DNA of 64,000 bases from Tubiluchus corallicola. Its lineage: Eukaryota > Animalia > Priapulida. The translations under genes and the position numbers were made by a program. Below the pieces are notes generated by a model. It searched no databases and had not been told where the DNA came from. It saw only the letters and a program-made list of their open reading frames with translations. The stretch spans positions 496,001 to 560,000 of the forward strand of contig JAQGDQ010000010.1 of NCBI GenBank assembly GCA_030141605.1, in the 5' to 3' direction. Below, one piece after another: positions 54,096 through 64,000 of the stretch; positions within the stretch are counted from its first letter, which is position 1; each line of letters opens with the position of its first letter.

Positions 54096-54987
54096 AGGGG
54101 AAGAAAAGCAAATTTTGAAGTATACAAATTTTGAACATTCTATACAAAGTTATTATATTCATCATTACGCTTACCTGTTTGAAAAACTTATGTAATTGAA
54201 AAGAAAGTTTTCAATAATTTAATATTTCGCGCCTATTGGTAAAAGTCAGTGAATTGCCATCCTAGCACTGGCGTATTTTACAGACTGCCCCCCAAATTTT
54301 CAAAGAATTCGGGCAAAACTGACGCCCAAATTCGGGCAGAACTGCCCTTTATATTTTCAGAAAATAGTTTTTTCAACTTCGAAATTGATAATTTTTTCAG
54401 ATTTCAATCGTCATCGCCTTCTTTTTTCGTGGAATTCAAATATGGCCCGAATCTTGAGAGAGTAATATTTATGCCATGCACCTGGACGCCCGAATCTTGA
54501 CCTCACAGGAGGCGTCATCCGCGCCGACGCCCGGTCCAGGCCGACAGTGAGAGTGGTCTGAAAACAACTAGCATTCGCGAAATTGAGAAGATACTAGTCG
54601 CTGGGTTCTCTGCAGGTCTCCGATCGCTTCCTACATTTCAATAATGGCTAATAAATAATGTTGAACAGCTTCACGAGTTCAGTCTTATGTCATCAGAAAT
54701 GACGCCTTTTTGTATTCGCTATCTGGAACTTAGTAAGGTTGTACTTGTTGAAACGGGGATCTAAAAATCGGGTGAAATTCTAAGAATTCGGGCAAAGAAT
54801 CCTTGCCCCCCCCCCCCAAAAAAAAAATTAAAGGACCCTGTACGCCTGTGCATCCTAGTATGCACCACTGACTCACCAAAAACACATTGTTGATTTTTTG
54901 ATAGTATAAAATAATTTGCACGTTTGCTTAGTTAGTAAAGTGAGTGCTACGAATGTTCTGGTTATTTTTTCAAACTTGACGCAATGT
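54096..54987 (+). mobile_element. Kolobok-like family A copy 3, interrupted by a hAT-like element, right end missing
   Basis: TTAA-AGGGGAAGAAAAG start; homology to copy 2 resumes after 54858 (tgactcaccaaaaa, tgcttagttagt, ctacgaatgttctg). Confidence 0.78.
54266..54850. mobile_element. Non-autonomous hAT-like transposon (585 bp) with perfect 8-bp TSD
   Basis: CATCCTAG at 54258-54265 and 54851-54858; TIRs CACTGGCGTA / TACGCCTGTG (9/10); subterminal AATTCGGGCA repeats. Confidence 0.88.
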
Positions 54988-55117
54988 AGGGGCAAATAAG
55001 CTTTAAGGTAGAGGTAAATAATAACTGAGAAATTGTCATCTATCTCAAAACTATCTCTTTTTAATGTGTCACGTATAATGAAAAACGATAGACCTCTAAT
55101 GTATTAATGTATCATCT

Positions 55118-55218
<101 letters not shown>

Positions 55219-56212
55219 TCGTGTATACTGCAAAACTCTTTGATGTGGTTTACACATATGTAGACCTCAGTATACTCAACGGTAGTTACGAATTCTAACA
55301 GCTGCCTGCATTGCAAAGTTGCATTATTAATAGTGGCATGGCTTTATCTGATTAGCATTTTACGGGGAATCAAAAGGATGTCATGCACCGGCAGAAGAGG
55401 GAATTAATAAGAGGAGACCCTGCTGTGATTCGCTAATAAAGAAATTTCTGCTAAACCGCTATAAGCTAAGCGTCCTCATGTGCATAACAAACTCTCAATT
55501 CGCCTTTACGTCAATCAGAGTCTGATTAAACGCAATGTTATTAAGTCTTTCGTATCATGCTTGGCTAGTCAGGTAACACATGGTCAAAGAGTTGACCAAC
55601 TTGTTCAGTCAACCGCTCTCATGTTGACCAACTTCATCAGTGAAGCAATGATAATTTTGATTTACTCGCCATATCTATTAATATGACTGATCTCTCTATT
55701 AGTGCAAAGTGTGTGTAATAATTGTGTGTTCTTAACACGTGGCGCCCTCTGTCAATCGGAAGAAGCAGTACTGTTTTATTGTCAATAATCAGTACATCAG
55801 GCAAGAGATAAGTTTCTCTAGTGAATTCATTTGCAATTTTATTCAAAGAAGAGTTTATTGTTACTGATCTGGATGTTAAGAACGATTTGCCAGTGCTTAA
55901 ATGTGTCATGAAATTAGCAAAATGTTACACTGGGTTCAAATACTACCATTGTCGCTGTTGCTGTTGCTAGTGCCGCTGCCACTACTTCTACCACTACTTC
56001 TACTTCCTCCTAATAGTTACTGGCTCGTGTTTTTTATAACTTCTCTTGCTGATGCTATTACTACTGCGACTGTCTGTGCTGTTACGCCATCATCGCGAAA
56101 ACAATGTAGTCAATGGAGAACACATTTTCACAGTTAAACGTCGCCTGTTTTGGCTATAAGTGTTGTTGTTGTTTTGATGGTACACGTTGCTGAATTATGA
56201 AACCAATTCCAA

Positions 56213-56625
56213 AGAACAGGAAATGTGAAACGCTTTACAAGGCCTGGCATCGAACCAGGGCTTTCGGATAAGAAGGCCAACGCCATAACCAGTAAACCGC
56301 CACTGTATTTCCCAGTAATCGTGACGGTTCAAAGTTCATCCCATATAGCTGGACTATCATTTCGGCATTTCCAATATTAGATCGCTCACGCGAGAGTGAT
56401 TTAACCAATTAGGTGATATTTTGTTTAATTAATTTTGAGCCTAAAATTTCCATAGGTAATTAATCAAGATTTGTCAAGATTATTATTAATGTGAAACCCG
56501 AAATACAAGAAATATGAAAAGTTAGACACAGCCTGGATTTGAACCTGAACCTTCGGTTTACAAGGCGGACACTATAACCTCTAGGCAAGTGTTTTCCAGT
56601 GATCAAGACAGCTTTATTCCTGTCT
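56213..56625 (-). mobile_element. Two head-to-tail copies (~290-bp spacing) of the repeat with an internal tRNA-like module
   Basis: Minus-strand B boxes GGTTCGATGCC and GGTTCAAATCC, each followed by TTTCAYATTTCYTG and preceded by TGATCACTGG-like sequence. Confidence 0.6.
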
Positions 56626-58514
56626 TCAGGTTCCATATTAAAATACAATTAATTGTGGGTCTGTTCTATCATTAATTTTGTTGTTGCCGTCGTTGCGTTG
56701 CAATTCTGCTGCTGCTGTTGTTTTTATTGTTGTTGTTGTTGATAATGTTTGCGTTGTCACGAGAGATCAATGCACCTGTTGAGTCATCTTGATTTCCTTT
56801 AATTGCTTTAGCAGTAATTTCACACTTTTCTCGCGACCTTCTTCACTTAGTGTGCCGCTTTTTGTAAAGACCTGCGTTAAATCTGTTTCGCATTATCTGG
56901 GTTAAGCGCTAAAAGCTTCCTACATGTATAACCTTGAATACATTGCTCGCGGGAATAGGACTCGGGTTCCTCTTTTTGATGTAGCGGCTTGTAACTTAGA
57001 AGCTGCTCTGTAGTCGTGGTAAGAGACCTCCATCTCGTTACCAACTGATACCTTGTATCAGTATTAGAAGACTGTAGTCATTCTTCTGCAATGAACTGTA
57101 CATTAATGAATTGAATTGAATTTGAATTTAAACATTTCTTTCAGAATTTCTTCCATAATCCATATAAAACCCGTAGCTAAATAAAACGTACAAAATAAAA
57201 CATATAGCACTGTACATTAATTAGTAAAACATTCCACTACATACAGCACATACAATCACCGCCTCCCGCTGGACATTTTGTTCACGTTTGCATTATATGC
57301 AATAAAGCATCAGTAATTTAAAAGTAACACTAAAAGTGTACATATATACAATAAAATGTGGGGGGGGCAGTTATACTAAAAGACGTGATGGCCCGTCCAA
57401 CATACATAAAATTTTCAGTCAGTCCTGGTAAATTTTTGATTGAGTGCACAAAGTGAACCGCTCGCAACTATTATACTTATCATTCAATAACAATAATATC
57501 AATTTCTGGATAGCAAATAAATTCCCGAAAGAGTGTCGAACTATTTTTGCATTCTTGCGTTGCTTTTTGTTTTTCTTTTTTCGAAACCTTTTGCCAAATA
57601 CAAGTCATACTCTAAGCCTCCGATAGCAAGCAGTGGAGGCCCTTCACGCTTACTTTATTAGCAATCACTTTATTTGTTTATCTGTCATTTTGCTACAGCT
57701 ATTTTCAAGAAAGCATGAAAGCACTATCATCAAAATTTGGCCAGTTTTTGCAGGTAAGTCAACAACACCCTTTAACAAAACATATGAGTACGAATAATTT
57801 TATTTCTATAGTGGCTTAACTAAATACCTTGCAAGCTTTCTTGCTCTCATATTGAACGTGACGGAGATCTGTGCCGTGTTTGTCTACTTGCTCAACGCTC
57901 GTTAAAGAGACCTCACGTCATATTTTAAAGCAAATACGAGCGCTTTTTGAAAGCGTATAACCTGATTAAGAAGTAATTTTGAAGAGCTGCTTATCAAAAA
58001 TAATTAACAGTTTAGCCATAGAGCGTGTAACTAAAAATAGCCTCTTTCATCAAAAAGTTTTAAAATGACAGACAGTTTTCAGAGTTTGAAAATGGTGCAG
58101 CAAAAAAGTTGCTTCTGGCATTTCCTTTCAAATGGGTTTCACTGCGTATCTTAATAGCTTTCAAACATAAGAAACATAATGTAATCAAATCTACTACATG
58201 GTGAGATCTTCTCGCTTTTTCAAAGATGATTATTTTCGTAAGAAATTTTCGCTATATCGTTGAGAACTGAAATGATTCAGCATACGATAAAAATAAATAT
58301 CTTTAGAAATTCCTGGATTATGGCTATAGATTACTAGAAACCGGTACTCTATTCATAGAAACTAGGAAAGAACGAAGCTGTAAAGTATAACATTTTAGAT
58401 CGGAATTAAGTGAAAATGAAGATTGTTAGTTAGGACACAACGGGACACCCGAACATTTTAGATATTTCATTGCATTTTAGTTAGTGCACATTCACGGAAA
58501 TTTTACACGCACTG

Positions 58515-59395
58515 CTATACTATAACTGTACTATGCTATGCTATGCTATGCTACGCTACACTACGCTACACTACGCTACACTACGCTACACTACGCTACA
58601 CTACGCTACACTACACTACACTACACTACACTACACTACACTACACTACACTACACTACACTACACTACACTACACTACACTACACTACACTACACCACA
58701 CTACACTGTGCTATGCTATGCTATGCTATGCTATGCTATGCTATGCTATGCTATGCTATGCTATGCCATGCCATGCCATGCCATGCCATGCCATGCCATG
58801 CCATACCATGCCATACTGTGCCGTGCCTTGTTATGCCGTACCGCACCGCACTGCACCATGCAATGCCATACTATGCCATGCCATGCCATGCCATGCCATG
58901 CCATGCCATACCATACCATACCATACCATACCATACCATACCATGCCATGCCATGCCATGCCATGCCATACCATACCATACCATACCATACCATACCATA
59001 CCATACCATACTATACTATACTATGCTATGCTATGCTGTGCCATGCAGTACCGTGCTATGCCATGCCATGCCATGCCATGCCATACCACACCATGCTATA
59101 CTATGCTGTACTGTACAGTACAATACTATACTATGCTATGCTATGTTAGGCTATGCTATGCTCCGCTACGCTACACTATATTACACTACACTACACTACA
59201 CTACACTACACTACACTACACTACACTACACTACACTACACTACACGACACGACACGACACGACACGACACGACACGACACGACACGACACGACACCACA
59301 CCACACCACACCACACCACACCACACCACACCACACCACACCACACCACACCACACCACACTACACTACACTACACTACACTACACTACACTACA
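58515..59395. repeat. ~880-bp compound pentanucleotide microsatellite (consensus CNAYR)
   Basis: Blocks of CTATG, CTACG/CTACA, CTACA, CCATG, CCATA, CTATA, CGACA, CCACA. Confidence 0.98.
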
Positions 59396-59572
59396 GAGTG
59401 CTTAATTAATGTATTCATGACATGTCTTCCGCGAATACTACTGCAGTAAACTCTGTTGAAAACTGCTTTACTTTCTGAGTATTTTGTAATTATCAGATAC
59501 CCTTCCAATGCTAATCTGCAGACAAAGTTCTATGGTATTTTGTTTACAAGTAGCCCTTAATGAAGTCCTTAA

Positions 59573-60054
59573 AGCACGAGAAAACGCTCTTCATAAATAA
59601 AGCCTAAAATTCATACTAAATTTTTGCATCACTTACTTTCTTACTGCACGCAAAACGCTGTATAAACACTGTGAATTTAAACTCCCTTGCTGACGGTTAG
59701 GCGCAACCATTTTGACGATAATTCGTTTGAAACCATTTTAGATTATATTGCATAAAGCTCGAAAAAAAATCAAGGTATTCGTAGGACACTTTTTTCTAAC
59801 TTAGAGAAAATTTAAATTACTTTATGTTGTCAAGAAGATCAATAGTGTGCTTTTGGTGAATCAGTGGTGGAAACTGGGATGGCGATGCAGTGGCATTTTC
59901 CCAGTTCACGCGAGCGAAAATAAGAATTATGAATTATATTAATTTCCTTTTCCATTTAACGTGTGTCTTTCTTACAGGTAATCATAATGCCAAGTAATAA
60001 AACATTGTAAGGGCTGTTTTTGAAATACACTTTTAAATTCCCTTTTCTTCCTCT
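59573..60054 (-). mobile_element. Kolobok-like family A copy 4
   Basis: TTAA flanks (59569-59572, 60055-60058); collinear with 13126-13585. Confidence 0.8.
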
Positions 60055-61036
60055 TTAATGGTCATTCTTCCTTACCAAAGAACGGCATCGCGTTCGTGCC
60101 TTGCAGACCGCACGCCAAAGTATGTACAAAATTTGTGTCCTATTCTTTAAAGTTATTATTACACGAAAAGAGCTAGTGCATCTTTAAGCTGCACATTTTG
60201 ACTGTTTTGAGCTTTAAGTCTTGAGCTGCTTGAAAACTTTTTATCAGAAACAGAAATTTTCTTTTTCTGTTTTACGTTTCCGCTTATAAATTGATAAAAT
60301 TATAAAGCATTTACGGAAAGTTAGTGTTGACACAGGCGAAGTAAAAATGAAAGACTTGCTAATTACCTAATACGGTAATAACTCCTATAATGCATAACAT
60401 ATGGCTCATAAGCTTCTTATTCGGAAAAGCTCAAGATCTGAATGTATGAAGTTTTGAAGTCGGAGGCATATAATGCGCCATTGAGAATCAACCAAAAGAA
60501 AATAGATGACGCTGCACATCTGTGGTTTCACACACATCTGAGGATGTGTCTCTGATGTGAGCTGTTAGTGTTTATATGTGTGGTAAAAGTGTGTTGTTCT
60601 TGTACTTATATTATGATATAAGTATATTATTTGTCTGTGTGTGATTGAAGCCACAATGTATTTAACCATATCTTCAACTGACTCGCTGTAAAATTATTGC
60701 CTCTAAATGTCGTATAGTACCCGCAGGCGCATCTGGAACTTTATCTTACGCTCATTTAGTCCCTCCATTGTCTTTAGAAAGTGCTTTAGTATTATTTAGA
60801 CCGCACAAGTATTACGTGTATAGTCTTAAACATTTGGAAGTCTCATAAAACAAAGGTATAGCTATGTTATTTAGCTAACCATATGATTTTGCTCTGCTAG
60901 AAGTATGTGTGTGAATCTTGACACACAATATTTTGACGTATAATTTGCATATTCTGTCAGAAGCAGAGTTATAACTTTCAGCAATGCTCTTGTGAGTGGT
61001 GTTGTAAATAGTGACTGCTTGTTTTATTCAAAATTA

Positions 61037-61192
61037 GAAAGGAGTTTACAATTCCCCACACAATTTAAATTCCCTAAACCTAGCCCTAGTTTTAGCACTA
61101 ACCCTTACCTAACCCAACCCTAACCCTGACCCTAATTCCTATGCGCTTCGCGAACTAGTTTCTTGTGTGTGTGTGAAATTGTAAACTTTAAC
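61037..61192. mobile_element. Small MITE (156 bp), MULE-like, containing degenerate (CCCTAA)n
   Basis: 9-bp direct repeat TCAAAATTA on both flanks (61028-61036, 61193-61201); inverted AGTTTACAATT / AATTGTAAACT; internal ccctaa-type units at 61072-61136. Confidence 0.6.
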
Positions 61193-62284
61193 TCAAAATT
61201 ATTTTAACAAATGGTTAAATCTATTATGTGTAAATTTTTTGTAAATAGTAATTGTGATGTACAGATGTTACTCGTAGATTGCAAAACTTTATTACATTAC
61301 AGTTACTCTTTATTGCAATGTTGCTTTGCTATAATAATACCCAATCACATTTTTGCCCCCGTTAGCTAGTAGTTAGGTGTTGGCCTTAATTAATTATGTT
61401 GAGCTCAATTATACAACATACAAGCAATTTAACGTGTAAAATGTAACAAAAGCGCCCGTTTGTGTTTTAGCTAATATAGTGTCATATTTGTCTGGCCCTG
61501 TCCTATTGCTCTATGTAAAATTCCTGTTAAATTACCTGTACTGTAGAGCTTAGTTTTTACCAGAATGTGACCCAAGACATTATGCTTTAATTCTACCTTC
61601 TGATTGGTCGATTTGCAAAAGTTCATAATTGCTTGGCTGCATTCTCGTATACCAGGAAATTGGACTGATCATTCTGAGTTTGGTCTGACAAGATGGGCGG
61701 ACGTTTCCCGTCATCTAACTAATTACTGTAGTTGTTTACTTTTACATACTTTCAAGTATATACGTCTTAGAATTATGTGGTGATTGCTGGAACTTTCTAA
61801 TAAAACTTGACGTTGTTGTTGATTTGATGTTGTTGACCTGGTACTGATATGGTTTACCGAGTGATGTACATAGACTCTTGCAAAGCTGTAAATATTTGCT
61901 GCACTTTGACTTGTTAAAGCGATTGCCTAGAGGAAGCTAAGTGGCCTGCTAGTCATATAGGCACAGAGATCCAGGCAACCTACTCATCATTCAAGTGGTG
62001 GAGGAGACGTGGCGGTCATTTCAGCTAGATGGCTTTTTTTCGTTTGGTGTGGACGTGGTAGGGAACTGGAAAAGTTCCACGTTGGTTGACATAGGAAGCA
62101 TCGAATGCCCGACGGTTTGATGGATTAGGACGCATCCGATGCCGGGTGGTTCGATGGATGGATTAGGACGAGTTGATGGTCCATAGTAGAGGCGCTCACC
62201 GAGCTTATTCAAATTGAGTATTAGACCGGTCTCTAATTCATTCTTACGTAATTGAGCAGCATCGCTTGTTCTGTGCAATGCGCA

Positions 62285-62714
<430 letters not shown>

Positions 62715-63574
62715 GCAAGTAAGATATCGTTTTTCTTTTTTGTTTTTTTTTGGTTGTTAGTTCGTTAAAATACTTACAAAGATTACTTACTACAAGCATT
62801 ATGAAGTTTACGAGACGTTTAGAAGAGCATCATAACACGTTTAGAAGTTATCACATATCGAACTCATTTGCATAGGCATAAAAGTATTGAACGGATACTC
62901 GGCAGTGGTGAACTATGCTTTACTTTTCTTTTACTGAGATTTAACAAGATTATTCCTGACATTTTCCAAATAACGTTAACACCGTCACAGTAATTATACT
63001 AACTGTTGTTATATGAGGAATGCTTGCAATAAAATCTTTACTTTTAATTTAATCATTTTCGTATCAGTATTTACCTGAATATCTTCTACAATTTTCCTTG
63101 ATGCATGACCATCTGTTACACACCTTTCTTAGTTCATTTATGTGTTTAAGTGACACAACTCATTGTAGATGGTTAGACGAGAACTTTACTGTCAAGGCGA
63201 GTGAAATTCTTGGTCCAACCATCTACTAGAATCTGTGTTAAGAAAAACGCCTAGCTGAAAATAAGAAGCAACAACAAAAAGGCATATGCTGAGTTGAGCA
63301 AACCCAGAATGAGTAAAGGTAATGACTTTTTGTGAAAAAGGTAAATATACGTTCTAAAACCTGCAACATCTAACAAGATCATATATTTTTTGGTTTATAT
63401 ATGCTAAACTAATGCAAATGAAGTTTCCTCGAATTCAGGAGATTTCCTCGTTAACAGGAGACTCGTTTCTTAAATTGACCGGTGCATATGATAATTCAAT
63501 GAACGTGTCATATTGTTATTCCACGGGAATGACTCAATAAAATTACCGAGTTCCCGGAACAAAAGCTTTTACTG

Positions 63575-63770
63575 TAACTCTAGTGCAATTATTGTCAGCG
63601 AATGTGCGACATCTGAATGTAGCAAATGCAAATTGCGAAACCCATTGTAAGATGGTGCATGAAATGTTCCATTGTGATCAGCGTAAACCTGCGATCTATA
63701 ATCATCAACGAACATTGTTCGCTTTAGATGAAGATAGTTGCAACGGCTTTCAAAACGGTCTCTGTTAGCT
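63575..63770 (+). mobile_element. Possible Penelope-like element 3' remnant with decayed hammerhead
   Basis: HEMFHCDQRKPAIYNHQ resembles the GIY-YIG C-terminal E.L.I...KP.LN.Q pattern; followed by ATGAAGA-TAGTTG-CAA-CGGCT-TTCAAAA-CGGTC with both cores mutated. Confidence 0.3.
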
Positions 63771-63914
63771 GCTGTAATCAAGATACTGTATGCAATATAA
63801 GCTCTAGTATTTTGAAAGCATTAACAAACTCTCAACAACTTGTCAAAAAAGAAAAAAGTAAAGATAAATAGATCAATAGGCACATATACAGGAAGGACAA
63901 AACTAATGGAACAT

Positions 63915-64000
63915 GGAGCGAAAAAAGAAAGGAAGACAGAAAGGTAAAAAAAAGAAAGTAAGAAAGAAAGAGAGAGGGGAGGGAGCGAGGGAGAGAGAGA
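63915..64000. repeat. Purine-rich / (GA)n tract running off the window end
   Basis: Read directly. Confidence 0.9.

Noticed and set aside
57699-57753. Candidate GPCR exon 2 (acceptor ctacag, donor CAG|GTAAGT)
   Set aside because: In the phase needed to continue exon 1 it hits a stop after a few codons, and no frame encodes TM3/DRY.
58533-59449. 200-290 aa His/Tyr/Thr/Cys-rich ORFs
   Set aside because: Stop-free translations of the pentanucleotide array in all three frames.

Overview
AT-rich (roughly one-third GC, estimated by eye) eukaryotic DNA, most likely from an invertebrate animal, rich in repeats and poor in genes. The only convincing host gene is the first coding exon (20984-21422, + strand) of a class A (rhodopsin-family) peptide-type GPCR. 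It has an unusual Gly at the conserved D2.50 position and a candidate 5' UTR with several upstream ORFs; I could not find its next coding exon in the remaining 42 kb. The rest is intron/intergenic DNA. It holds a near-identical 1.66 kb tandem duplication, tRNA- and 5S-derived elements, TTAA-flanked Kolobok-like and 8-bp-TSD hAT-like non-autonomous transposons (some nested), Tc1 and LINE remnants, solo-LTR-like repeats, Penelope-like remnants with minimal hammerhead ribozyme motifs, and long compound microsatellites that change one base at a time. Almost all ORFs in the supplied track are microsatellite or chance translations. No prokaryotic-type system (CRISPR, operon) is present. The best leads are the D2.50G GPCR, a near-intact hammerhead motif in its intron, and a repeat family carrying a tRNA-like module internally. 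All alignments were made by eye and family names come from recalled consensus features, not database searches.
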